Assembly: GCA_965648905.1 (NCBI GenBank)
Contig: CBFGIT010000012.1
Coordinates: 1 to 64,000, forward strand
Source of the DNA: a candidate division WOR-3 bacterium
GTDB lineage: Bacteria > Hydrothermota > Tepidihabitantia > Tepidihabitantales > Tepidihabitantaceae
DNA length: 64,000 bases
Reading direction: 5' to 3'
A program made the position numbers and the translations under genes. The notes under the pieces are model-generated. The model did not search any database and was not told the DNA's origin. It saw only the letters and a list, made by a program, of their open reading frames with translations. Positions 1-10,415 of this stretch are shown here, piece by piece (positions within the stretch are counted from its first letter, which is position 1; each line of letters opens with the position of its first letter).

Positions 1-347
1 CTCTGCCCATCCGCCCGCGCCTCCCCTTGCCCAACCCACCGCAACGCCCCTCAGCCCGACCGCAGAATTGCCTTCTGCGCGGTCCTGACTTCCGCAAGCT
101 CATTGGGTAGTTTACGACGCGGAACCCGGCGCCGAGTCCCACGGGAGCAGTGCGGCGGGCAGAGGACCGGAGCGTGGCGGCACCGGTGGCTGATGGCATG
201 AAGTCCAGGTGCTGCGGCGTGGTGACGGAGAAGATGCGCCAGTGCGCCGAGACCAGGGCCCAGGCGGTGACGGTCCAGCCGCCGCGCGGCCAGGTCAAAG
301 GGCAGAGGTCAAGTCATAGAGGTCAGAGTGGCGGAGGGCTGGCGGGC

Positions 348-645
348 TCAGGTTCGGCGACCTGGCTTGAGCAGCGGACGGGAACGGATACGGTCGGCAG
401 TGATGACTGTGAACCGGCCGTCGAGAGGGAAGTCGCCGCCCAGAACACCGAGTAGTCGAGTCGTGATGTTCTCCGGGATATGGGGGCAAGCGGAGCAGCA
501 GGATGCGGCCTTCATGTTCGGCCCGGTCGATGACGTTCAGGTCAGGTCTGCCCGGCGTATCGCTGGCCGAGGCAACGTCATAGCTCTAGCCACGCAGTTC
601 CCGGACCGATTCCGGCGGGACGTCTTCGTTGGCGAGCAGACGCAC
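348..645 (-). pseudogene. DUF5615 family PIN-like toxin, decayed
   Basis: Manual translation from GTG at 645 gives VRLLANEDVPPESVRELRG*SYDVASASDTPGRPDLNVIDRAEHEGRILLL, then after a frameshift PENITTRLLGVLGGDFPLDGRFTVITADRIRSRPL. It has an in-frame TAG at 586-588, lacks the central TxDxDF segment, and lies just downstream of DUF433. Confidence 0.75.
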
Positions 646-651
646 CGGCCG

Positions 652-878
652 TCAGGGCAGGCTGCAGACGGTTTCCTGCTTCAGCACTTCGGCCGAGTCA
701 GCTGAGCGCCGCAAGGATGTCTTCGTGCCGAAGCTGGGGTAGTTCTTGAGTATCTCGGGCTCGGGTCAGTCCCGGCCCAGGAGTTCGATAATGAACTCAG
801 CGGCAATGCGGGTCCCTTTGTGACCGGTTTGCCTGCGAGTACCGCGGGGTCTGTTTCAATCCGATCCTGAATGTCCAT
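652..878 (-). pseudogene. DUF433 antitoxin, decayed
   Basis: Translation gives MDIQDRIETDPAVLAGKPVTKG / TRIAAEFIIELLGRD*PEPEILKNYP / LRHEDILAALS..AEVLKQETV. This is the classic DUF433 signature (GKP..GTRI...ILxxYP.L..EDI.AAL) broken by frameshifts and a TGA. Confidence 0.85.
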
Positions 879-1009
879 TGAGGTACTTATAGGCACTGGT
901 GCCGGACAAGCAAGCGTTCCAGTTCGTGCCGTGTCCACTTCGGCCGGGGTTCTGCCCTGTCGATGAACAGAAGGCCGGGTAACTCGCCAGGCTTCGAAGA
1001 AGGCCGTGG

Positions 1010-1290
1010 GTTGTGACTTGAGTCATGCCGGTGGTTGGGCCTCTGGAAATGCCGTCCGTCGTGCCGACTGGCATTGCAGGTCTTGTGCCGGTGGCAGTGC
1101 GGAGTGACCTGCCGACCGGTTGCACTTCTGCAGGCCCGCGCAGCATGTCTCCAGGATTGCTGATGTAATGGAATCGAACAGGGACGCTGGTCATTCCGAC
1201 TGGAGTAACGATAGGAGTGCTTCGGGGAACGGCCTGCCGGCCGAGCGGGTGTGGAGCTCCGCGTTGAGCACGTAACACATTTAATCTCAA
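1010..1290. repeat. degenerate 12-nt-periodic tract ending in an imperfect CGTAAC-N-GTTAGC palindrome
   Basis: Units GTCATGCCGGTG, GTTGGGCCTCTG, GAAATGCCGTCC, GTCGTGCCGACT, GGCATTGCAGGT, CTTGTGCCGGTG, GCAGTGCGGAGT, GACCTGCCGACC. Confidence 0.5.
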
Positions 1291-1537
1291 TCCGTTAGCT
1301 GATGGCAGCCGGTGTCAGCAGGTTTTTCGTTTGATCAATCGAGACGTCCTTCGGCTCCTGCCGCTGTGACCGACAGTGGGGTCACCAGACGTGCGTACTC
1401 ACAAAGTGCACGACTCAGGGGTTGACCCGGCTGCCAGCGATGATCCTGCTTGTTGAAGGTAGGTCCGCTCCACTCGCCTTTGGCACTCTCATCGGACATT
1501 GCTTTGTCGTCTGTCCGTCAGTTCTTGTGCCCGGACG

Positions 1538-1565
1538 TTGACGCTCGTTCCCGCCCCGCTATCAT
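1538..1565 (+). promoter_or_regulatory. sigma70-type promoter for the baeRF-xerC genes
   Basis: TTGACG-N16-TATCAT; GGAGG Shine-Dalgarno just before ATG 1603. Confidence 0.55.
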
Positions 1566-1602
1566 AGTAATAAGCAATGAAGCTTACGGCTCGGAGGATC
1601 CG

Positions 1603-2739
1603 ATGATCACACCCCAGACCGTCAAGCGGCTCGCCGAGAACCGTAGCGAGCACTGCTTGACCCTGTATTTCAACACCGGACCCAGTCTGCCGCGCAGTGC
1701 CTATGTCGGACGATTTCGCGGTCTGCTCAGAAAGCTCGATTCCCGTATTCTGCCCCAGACCCACCGGCAGTATGAAGCCGCGGTCGACCGTGTAACGCGT
1801 CTGCTGGAGCAGTTGCAGCCTCGTGGTAACTCGTGCCTGGTGTATGCCGGCGAGCGGTCGCTTGAGGAGTTCAGCTCCCGCGTTCCGGTACGTGATGAAG
1901 TGCACTGGGGCCGGCCCGATGTCAGCCAGTTGCTCTGGCTGCTCGAGGAATACCGACCCTATGGCCTGCTGATTGCCGACAAGCAGCACGTTCGCTTTCT
2001 TGCGGTTCGACTCAATGAGTTTGAGTGCTGTGAGGAGTTCACAGCCGACATTGACACAACCGCCTGGCGTAAGCGGGTCCTTGGTTCAGCCGGTCGCGGT
2101 CCGGCAGTACAGAAAGGCGGGGTCGATTCCCGTGCCTTCGATAATCGGTACGCCGAGCAGATCCGTCACTTCTGGCGTTCCCTGCACAAGCCGCTGAACG
2201 AGCTGGTTGAGCGCTACCATGTCCGTCGCCTGGTGCTTGCGGCCAACAAGTCGCTCCTGCCCGAGTTCGCCGCAGCACTGCCGGCCGGCCTTGCCGCAGC
2301 CGTGGTCATCCGCACGACCCTTGACGGATTCAGCAATCCGAGCGAGGCGGTGCGACGCGTGTTCCCGGACATCGAGGCCTGGGAAGAAGAGCACGACCGC
2401 AAGCTCGTCCACGATCTGCTCAATGCCGCGTCGGTCGGCGAGCGGGCGGCAGTCGGTGTTACTCCGGTACTCAAGCACCTTCTGGACGGCCGCGTCGCCC
2501 GCCTGGTCGCAGCCAAAGGGCTCGACCGTCAGCTCTTCGAGTGCGGCGAGTGCGGGTATGTCGTGGTTGAACCGGTCAACTGCCCGGCCTGCGGCAAGAC
2601 CACGCTCTGGCAGACCAGTCTGGCCGCCGCTCTGGCCCGGCTCACTGCCCGGGTCAGGCTGCCGGTCGACATAGTGAAGCGTGCCCCGGCTCAGGAGCTG
2701 CTTCGGAACTCGGGCCTGGGTGCTTTCCTGAGGTACTAG
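1603..2739 (+). CDS. bacterial archaeo-eukaryotic release factor family protein (baeRF10-like) with eRF1 domain 3 and zinc ribbon
   Basis: N-terminal LTLYFNT, central P-x-x-x-Q-L-L-W-L-L-E-E-Y-R-P-Y-G-L-L-I-A-D, AAVG...V..L..GRV..L eRF1_3 pattern, CGECG..CPACG insertion, C-terminal GLGAFLRY; SD-supported ATG. Confidence 0.8.
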   Translation: MITPQTVKRLAENRSEHCLTLYFNTGPSLPRSAYVGRFRGLLRKLDSRILPQTHRQYEAAVDRVTRLLEQLQPRGNSCLVYAGERSLEEFSSRVPVRDEVHWGRPDVSQLLWLLEEYRPYGLLIADKQHVRFLAVRLNEFECCEEFTADIDTTAWRKRVLGSAGRGPAVQKGGVDSRAFDNRYAEQIRHFWRSLHKPLNELVERYHVRRLVLAANKSLLPEFAAALPAGLAAAVVIRTTLDGFSNPSEAVRRVFPDIEAWEEEHDRKLVHDLLNAASVGERAAVGVTPVLKHLLDGRVARLVAAKGLDRQLFECGECGYVVVEPVNCPACGKTTLWQTSLAAALARLTARVRLPVDIVKRAPAQELLRNSGLGAFLRY

Positions 2740-2768
2740 CAACGGAGCGCCGAACTCGGCAACCGCCG

Positions 2769-3668
2769 CTGTCAGTCGCCGAATACGCTGCTGCTCTTCA
2801 GGACTTTCTCGACTACCTGAAGAACGAGCGTCGTTCCTCTCCGCACACTATCCGCGCGTACGCAGCCGACCTCGGCCACTTCTTTGAGTTCTGCACCGAC
2901 CGGCTCAGGGCCAAGCCCCTGGCGCAGCTTGCTCACGAGGACGTGAGGGACTTTCTGGGCCTGCTTCTTCGCTACGGCTATGAGAAGCGTTCTGCCGCAC
3001 GCAAACTGACCGCGGTCAGGTCATTTCTTCGGTTTCTTGTGCGCCGAGGCAGGCTAGGGCAGAACCCGTCCGCAGCAGTCAAGGCTCCCAAGCCGGCAAG
3101 CCGTCTGCCGGGATTTCTTACCCAACATCAGGTTCGGCAGGTCCTGGATTGCGGCGGCGCGTCCGAATCTGAGCTGAGAGCCGCGGCCATCATCGAGACG
3201 CTGTACGGCTCGGGTCTGCGCGCGGCCGAGCTTGTCGGTCTGAACCGGGGGGACGTCGACTGCGCGGCCGAGACAATCCGCGTCCGCGGCAAAGGGGGAA
3301 AGGAGCGCGTCCTGCCGCTCGGGCAGGCCGAGCGGGCAGCGCTGGAACGGTATCTGGCCGTCCGCAGGCACCGGTCGGCCGAGCCGGTCTTCGTCAATCG
3401 GCTGGGGGGGCGTCTGACGACTCGTTCGGTGCAGAGCATTGTGCGCAAGGTGCTGTCCCGGGCGACCGATGCGGCGGCTACCAACCCTCATGCCCTGCGC
3501 CACGCGTTTGCCACCCATCTTCTCGAACGCGGCGCGGATTTGCGCGCGGTCCAGGAACTTCTCGGCCACGCGTCGCTTGCCACAACCCAGGTCTACACCC
3601 ATACCACAGTTGAGCGGCTCAGGAGAGTCTACAACAAGGCTCATCCTCGGTCCGGTTCAGACGACTGA
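2769..3668 (+). CDS. xerC: tyrosine recombinase XerC
   Basis: Catalytic R (GLRAAE), K (KGGKER), HALRH, LGH and TQVY. The N-terminal SAM domain (FLDYLKNERRSSPHTIRAYAADL) is in frame upstream of the called GTG 2943, so the start is probably a non-canonical CTG at 2769. Confidence 0.9.
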   Translation: MSVAEYAAALQDFLDYLKNERRSSPHTIRAYAADLGHFFEFCTDRLRAKPLAQLAHEDVRDFLGLLLRYGYEKRSAARKLTAVRSFLRFLVRRGRLGQNPSAAVKAPKPASRLPGFLTQHQVRQVLDCGGASESELRAAAIIETLYGSGLRAAELVGLNRGDVDCAAETIRVRGKGGKERVLPLGQAERAALERYLAVRRHRSAEPVFVNRLGGRLTTRSVQSIVRKVLSRATDAAATNPHALRHAFATHLLERGADLRAVQELLGHASLATTQVYTHTTVERLRRVYNKAHPRSGSDD

Positions 3669-3881
3669 GTACCGACGCGCTGCCCGTCGTTTCCTCGACC
3701 GCACACCGGAGTTCGGTCGATAACCGGACAGCTCCGCACCCGGTTCGCGGCCACCCGGCCGGCGAGCTGGAAACGGTGCAAGGCGAGGGCCCGGCTCGGC
3801 CCGCTTCGCTCCGACCCCGAACCGCCGTGCGCGGTCGCCCCTGACTTTGCCCGGTCCAAAACGACCGGTCCGAATCCGCTG

Positions 3882-3909
3882 TTGACTTGGCCTTTGGGGG
3901 TGCTATCAT
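3882..3909 (+). promoter_or_regulatory. sigma70-type promoter of pdp
   Basis: TTGACT-N16-TATCAT with TG extension. Confidence 0.55.
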
Positions 3910-3924
3910 GGGCCACTCTCCCGA

Positions 3925-5270
<1,346 letters not shown>

Positions 5271-5274
<4 letters not shown>

Positions 5275-5299
5275 CACGGGCGAGTCAGGCAACTATACT
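5271..5299 (+). promoter_or_regulatory. sigma70-type promoter of the bactofilin operon
   Basis: TTGACA-N17-TATACT. Confidence 0.65.
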
Positions 5300-5372
5300 G
5301 GCCGGTCAAGACCGATGGCCCGAGCATCGGCGCGACTGACGTTTCGCAAGTCACCCCACTGAAGGGAGCAGT

Positions 5373-5726
5373 ATGGCAAAGAACCGAAACGAAGGGAGAC
5401 TGGACACGGTCGTCGGGCCTGAGACCGTGGTCAGAGGGGATTTTCGCGTGGCCGGTAGCCTGCGTCTGGACGGTCAGGTTGAAGGCCGACTCGACGTGGC
5501 CGAGACTCTGCTGACCGGGCCGCGGGCGTTTCTCAAGGGCGAAGCACACTGCGGCGATGCGGTGATTGCCGGCCGGATTGAGGGTAACATCGTTGCCCGC
5601 GAGACGGTCGAGTTGCAGAGCGGAGCCCAGCTCTTCGGCGACGTGCAGTGTAAAGGACTGGTTATCCAGCGGGGTGGTGTATTCCAGGGTAACTGTTCGA
5701 TGGTTCGTGAGCAGGAGACGGGTTAG
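5373..5726 (+). CDS. bactofilin (polymer-forming cytoskeletal protein)
   Basis: TVVG..T.VRGD...GSLRLDGQVEG...IAGRIEGNI...LVIQRGGVFQGNCSM beta-helix pattern. Confidence 0.92.
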   Translation: MAKNRNEGRLDTVVGPETVVRGDFRVAGSLRLDGQVEGRLDVAETLLTGPRAFLKGEAHCGDAVIAGRIEGNIVARETVELQSGAQLFGDVQCKGLVIQRGGVFQGNCSMVREQETG

Positions 5727-5733
5727 TCGGGCA

Positions 5734-7398
5734 GTGAGCCGGGTCGGGTCTTTGGTTTTGCTTGTTGTTGGAGTTACTGTTGCCATGCCGCCGATGCCCG
5801 GCGCTTCGGTCGGAGCCGGGGGCCTGAGCTGGCCATCACTGGTCGAACGTCCGGAGCCGGCGCGGCCGCCATCGGACCAGCCGCGCCGGGTGCTGGTGCT
5901 GCTGGTTGATTTCGGTGATAATGCCCAGACCCACAGCCGGACCGAGTTCGAGAAACTGCTCTTCGGCCAGGAGACGCGGTCGATGCGCGACTACTACCTT
6001 GAGGTCAGTTACGGCCGCCTGACGGTCGAGGGTGAGATTGCCGGCTGGTATCGGCTGGACCAGCCTTACTCGTACTATCTGGGCGATTCGTTTGGTATCT
6101 TCGGGGAGTACCCGCACAACTCGCAGGGACTGGTGGCCGACCTGGTGGCCAAGGCCGACCCGGAAGTGGACTTCAGCCGCTTTGCCGGGCCGGACCGGAT
6201 GGTCGAAGGTCTCTTGATTGTCCACGCCGGGCCCGGGGCCGAAGAGACGCGCAGCCGGGGCGACATCTGGTCGCACAAGTGGCAGCTTTCCGACAACGCG
6301 TTCGGCTCTCCGGGTATCATTGCGACTCAGGATGGCGTCAACATCGACGCCTACACCGTGCAGCCGGAGCGGTTCTCAGATGCACAACTGATGACCGTCG
6401 GCGTGTTCTGCCACGAATACGGCCATCTTCTCGGCATGCCCGACCTGTACGACACTGACTACTCAAGCGCCGGACTGGGGATGTTCTGTTTGATGGCAGC
6501 CGGGTCATGGGCGCGGGCTGCTGAGGCGGACCTGCCGGGGAGCTCGCCGGTTCACCCGTGTGCATGGAACAAGTACCTGGTCGGCTGGACCAGACCGGAG
6601 TCGCTCGAACCGGAACTGCTCGACTCGGTCACCGGCGTCGAGATTCCGGCCGCAGCCCGGACAGGACTGAGCTATCGTATCCTGCGCAATCCCGATGGGG
6701 TTGACTGGCAGTTCGGCAGGCCGGGCCGGGGCGAATATTTCCTGATTGAGAACCGGCAGCAGGTCGGTTTTGATGCCGGGTTGCCGGGCAGCGGGCTGCT
6801 GATTCTGCACGTCGACGAGTCCAGACCCGGTAACGAGAACGAACGACGCCCCCTGGTCGGTATCCTGAGAGCTGACCACAGTCCGAGCTACGCGCTTTCC
6901 TCGGACGACCGGGGCAGCGATGCTCATCTGTGGAAGTCGAGCGACAGCGGCGTGCATCCCCGGTCGGTTCCCTCGACCGTATTCTATGATGGAGTGCCGA
7001 GCGGGGTTACGGTTGACCGCATCTCTGCGAGCGGAACAGTCATGACCGCAGACATGAGAATCGCGCCGCTCTTTCTCGGCCGGGTGTGCTCTTTTCCCAA
7101 CCCGGTGGTCGTGCGTGAGCCCGGGACCCGGGCAACCATTGTTTACGCTCCGACCGACTCGGTTCGGCTGGCGGGCAGATACCCCAGGTTCAAAGTGCAA
7201 CTGTTCAACATCGCGGGTGAGCCGGTGCGACTGCTCGACGGCGTTGATGAGATCGACGTCGAACATCGGGCCGCGTTCTGGGACCTGCGGAACGACCGTG
7301 GTCGACCGGTGACAAGCGGAATGTACTTCTACCTGGTGGAAATCACCGAACCGGGGTGCGAAGAGCAGAATCACGGTCAACTGACCATCGTCAGGTGA
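5734..7398 (+). CDS. M6 family (immune inhibitor A-like) metalloprotease with C-terminal FlgD-Ig/sorting domain
   Basis: Signal peptide, IVHAGPG, IWSHKW, HEYGHLLGMPDLYD zinc motif, EYFLIENRQ, C-terminal FPNP...WDLRNDRGRPVTSGMYFY. Confidence 0.9.
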   Translation: MSRVGSLVLLVVGVTVAMPPMPGASVGAGGLSWPSLVERPEPARPPSDQPRRVLVLLVDFGDNAQTHSRTEFEKLLFGQETRSMRDYYLEVSYGRLTVEGEIAGWYRLDQPYSYYLGDSFGIFGEYPHNSQGLVADLVAKADPEVDFSRFAGPDRMVEGLLIVHAGPGAEETRSRGDIWSHKWQLSDNAFGSPGIIATQDGVNIDAYTVQPERFSDAQLMTVGVFCHEYGHLLGMPDLYDTDYSSAGLGMFCLMAAGSWARAAEADLPGSSPVHPCAWNKYLVGWTRPESLEPELLDSVTGVEIPAAARTGLSYRILRNPDGVDWQFGRPGRGEYFLIENRQQVGFDAGLPGSGLLILHVDESRPGNENERRPLVGILRADHSPSYALSSDDRGSDAHLWKSSDSGVHPRSVPSTVFYDGVPSGVTVDRISASGTVMTADMRIAPLFLGRVCSFPNPVVVREPGTRATIVYAPTDSVRLAGRYPRFKVQLFNIAGEPVRLLDGVDEIDVEHRAAFWDLRNDRGRPVTSGMYFYLVEITEPGCEEQNHGQLTIVR

Positions 7399-7429
7399 CG
7401 AAACCGAGCTGACAGGCAAGGAGAATACC

Positions 7430-8176
7430 ATGGAACTGACACTGACCAATAGGAAGGCGGTCGTCACCGGCGGCGGAGCCGGCATCGGCCGCCAGATCGC
7501 ACTGACGCTCGCTCAGGCCGGAGCCGCGGTTGCAGTTTGTGACCTGGCGACGGAAACGGCCAATTCGGTTGCCGAGGAGGTCGCGGCGCAGGGCGGAAAG
7601 GCCCGGGCCTATGGGGTTGACGTTGCCGACTTCGCGTCGGTCGAAGCGGTCGTCAGCCGGGTCGTTGAGGACCTGGGCGGCATTGACATTCTTATCAACA
7701 ACGCGGGCATCACGCGCGACGGCCTGCTTCTGCGAATGACCGAGGCTGACTTCGACCGGGTCGTCGCCGTGAATCTGAAGGGCGCGTTCAACTTCACCAA
7801 GCTCGGTGCGCGGCCGATGATGAAGACCCGCTGGGGCAGAATCGTCAACATCAGCTCGGTCATCGGCCAGATGGGCAATGCCGGCCAGGCAAACTACGCC
7901 GCGGCCAAGGCCGGGCTGCTCGGGCTGACCAAGTCCGCAGCCCGGGAGCTTGCTGGCCGGAACATCACGGTCAATGCGATTGCCCCCGGGTTCATCGCCA
8001 CGGCCATGACCGAGAAGCTCGATGCGGCAACCCGCGAATCGTACATTCACAACATCCCGCTGCAGCGGGCGGGCACAGTCGAGGACGTCGCCGCCGCCTG
8101 CCTGTTCCTCTGCTCGGACCTTGCCGGCTACATCACCGGCCAGGTCATTCGGGTTGACGGCGGCATGTTGATGTGA
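7430..8176 (+). CDS. fabG: 3-oxoacyl-ACP reductase
   Basis: TGGGAGIG, NNAGITRD, YAAAK, GQVIRVDGG. Confidence 0.92.
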   Translation: MELTLTNRKAVVTGGGAGIGRQIALTLAQAGAAVAVCDLATETANSVAEEVAAQGGKARAYGVDVADFASVEAVVSRVVEDLGGIDILINNAGITRDGLLLRMTEADFDRVVAVNLKGAFNFTKLGARPMMKTRWGRIVNISSVIGQMGNAGQANYAAAKAGLLGLTKSAARELAGRNITVNAIAPGFIATAMTEKLDAATRESYIHNIPLQRAGTVEDVAAACLFLCSDLAGYITGQVIRVDGGMLM

Positions 8177-10389
8177 CCTCCCGGGTACGGCACGGCGTTC
8201 TGGTCCTGCTCGCGGTCGGCGTTGTCGGCCGGGCGCCGGCCCAGCCCTGGCAGCCGGTGCGGGTCGGCCTTGCCCTTTCCGGTGGGGCCGCACTGGGCCT
8301 CGCTCACATCGGCGTGCTCAAGGTTCTGGAGCGCGAGGGCATCGAGGTCGTCGCCATCTCGGGCAACAGTATGGGGGCGATGGTCGGGGGCATTTACTCG
8401 GCAGGTTACTCGGCGGCACAACTCGAAAGTCTGGCAGTCAATGCGGACTGGCGCTCGCTGTTCAGCTCAGGGGTACCGTTTGGTGCCCAGTATCTGCCTG
8501 AACGTCAGCAGGCACAGAAGTACCTGCTGCGGTTGAGACACCGCAACTTCATGCCGTCGCTGCCTCAGGGGCTGGTTCCGCTCCAGAATGTCGAGTTCCT
8601 GTTGATGGAACTGCTCTCAGATATCGAGTACCGGACCGGTTTCGACTTCGACAGTCTGGTGATTCCTTATCGGGCCGTGGCGGTTGACCTTGTTTCGGGG
8701 CGCCGGGTTGTGATGAGCCGCGGTCGCCTGTCCCAGGCGATTCGGGCCAGTATTGCCATCCCCGGCGTGTTCGCGCCGGAAGTCCTCGACAACATGCAGC
8801 TCGTAGACGGTGGTGTCCAGCAGTATCTGCCGGTCGAGCCGCTCCGGGAATTCGCGCCCGACATTATCATTGCCGTGCTGACGATGAAGCGCAATCCTGA
8901 GACCGGCATCAGTCTGATTGACGTTGCGTCGCGGAGCATGGACCTGGTCGGCGCCGAGGATCTGACCCAACAGCGTTCACTTGCCGACGTGGTGATTGAG
9001 CCGGACGTCGACCCTTTTCTGCACTCGGACTTTGCCCGGGCCTCAGGACTGATTGCTGCCGGCGAGTCCGCGGCCGATGCCGCCCTGCCGCTGATTCGGC
9101 AGAAGCTTGCCGGCCGGACTCCGGTCTCGGTTCGACGGCCGGTCGAGGTGCGACCGCTTGCGATTGTCCGGGACTTGCGGTTTGAGGGGCTGGCTGTCAC
9201 CCGGGCAAGCACAATCGCAGGCTATGTCAGAACCAGGCCGGGCGGGTACCTGCGGTTCGACGTCCTGATTGATGACCTGGTTCGGCTGTTTCACACCGGC
9301 CTGTTCGAGGTTGTCAACTATCGGCTCGAGTTCGGCCGGGCCGATTCGGTGGGCGTCGTCATCGAGCTTCAGGAACGGGCCTATGGCTTCTACTCGCTCG
9401 GTTTCAGGTACGACACCGACGACGACGTTAACCTGGGCCTGGAGGTGAGTCAGGGGAATCTGGGCGGCTCAGGAGCGAGTGCGCGGGCGGCCTTGACCCT
9501 CGGCAACCCAACTGAGCTGCGGCTTGGCCTGACCGGCACGCGGCTCTTCCAGTTTCCGTTCGGGTATCGGCTTGACGGGTTCTGGGGTTCAATCAACCGG
9601 CCGTTCTTCGACCGCGCCGGCCTTGCGGGCGCGTACCGGACGACATACCGTGGCGGGATTGCTGAAGCCGGCTACATTCTGGGCTGTCATTCGTTCTTTG
9701 TCCTTGGGTTCACCGCCTATGACGCCGCATACCCGCCACCTCGCCCTGCGGCTCCGGTCTTCGACTCCCTGCCCGCGCATCAGTGGGTCGTGGGCCCCAG
9801 GTTCAGGTTGGAGAGCAACAGCTACGAGGACATTGATTTCCCGACCCGAGGCGCTCACAGCCGGTTCGAGCTCGGCTACTCCAGCCGCACGATGAGAGCA
9901 ACGACAACGTCGCTGAAACTCGACTGGAGTTCAGAACGGGTGCTGCCGGTCGGGCCGAGGCTGCTGCTCTGTCCCGGAATTGCGCTGGGTTGGTCAGCCG
10001 GGACCCTGGCATGGGCTGAGCAGTTTCACACCGGCGGTAGCAACCTTGTCGGTTTCGCACACGGTGAGTTCGTCTCTACCCGGCGGATAGTCCTGAGGAT
10101 GGGGGGCGAGGTCATGCTGTTTCGTCTTTTCAGCAGCCCGGCCTACCCGGTCTACCTGCAACTGCTGACAAACGTTGCTGCGTTCCATCCGTGGTCAGAA
10201 CTGGTTCCGGACCAGAACCTGCCGGGCAAACTCCACTGGGGTGCCGGGCTGGGTCTGCGCACGAACACGCCGGCCGGGCCGGTTCAGTTTGTTGTCGGGG
10301 TCGGCGATTTCGGCAAGACCGGGCCCGGGTCGCGCATGAAGTTCAACGCGCGGCTGGCCTTTGGCCGGGAGTTCCGCTATGTGCGTTAG
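8173..10389 (+). CDS. patatin-like phospholipase with POTRA and Omp85 beta-barrel (PlpD-like, type Vd)
   Basis: SGGAALGLAHIG, GNSMG nucleophile elbow, DGG; POTRA-like segment and C-terminal barrel (GLRTNTPAGPVQF). Confidence 0.88.
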   Translation: MTSRVRHGVLVLLAVGVVGRAPAQPWQPVRVGLALSGGAALGLAHIGVLKVLEREGIEVVAISGNSMGAMVGGIYSAGYSAAQLESLAVNADWRSLFSSGVPFGAQYLPERQQAQKYLLRLRHRNFMPSLPQGLVPLQNVEFLLMELLSDIEYRTGFDFDSLVIPYRAVAVDLVSGRRVVMSRGRLSQAIRASIAIPGVFAPEVLDNMQLVDGGVQQYLPVEPLREFAPDIIIAVLTMKRNPETGISLIDVASRSMDLVGAEDLTQQRSLADVVIEPDVDPFLHSDFARASGLIAAGESAADAALPLIRQKLAGRTPVSVRRPVEVRPLAIVRDLRFEGLAVTRASTIAGYVRTRPGGYLRFDVLIDDLVRLFHTGLFEVVNYRLEFGRADSVGVVIELQERAYGFYSLGFRYDTDDDVNLGLEVSQGNLGGSGASARAALTLGNPTELRLGLTGTRLFQFPFGYRLDGFWGSINRPFFDRAGLAGAYRTTYRGGIAEAGYILGCHSFFVLGFTAYDAAYPPPRPAAPVFDSLPAHQWVVGPRFRLESNSYEDIDFPTRGAHSRFELGYSSRTMRATTTSLKLDWSSERVLPVGPRLLLCPGIALGWSAGTLAWAEQFHTGGSNLVGFAHGEFVSTRRIVLRMGGEVMLFRLFSSPAYPVYLQLLTNVAAFHPWSELVPDQNLPGKLHWGAGLGLRTNTPAGPVQFVVGVGDFGKTGPGSRMKFNARLAFGREFRYVR

Positions 10390-10415
10390 CCGGGCAGACT
10401 CGGCTCCATGCCGTA

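Noticed and set aside
348..878. Stop-codon recoding (TAG/TGA read-through)
   Set aside because: The same genes also contain frameshifts and a deletion, and TAG and TGA act as normal stops elsewhere in the window
1480..1506. CIRCE operator
   Set aside because: Only the left half (TTGGCACTC) matches; the right half and the spacing do not
2769..3668. Integrase of a prophage or integron
   Set aside because: It has the size and motifs of housekeeping XerC, no integron-integrase insertion, and no att sites or phage genes nearby
3670..3880. ncRNA between xerC and pdp
   Set aside because: GC-rich hairpins are possible, but I could support no recognisable RNA family motif, promoter or terminator
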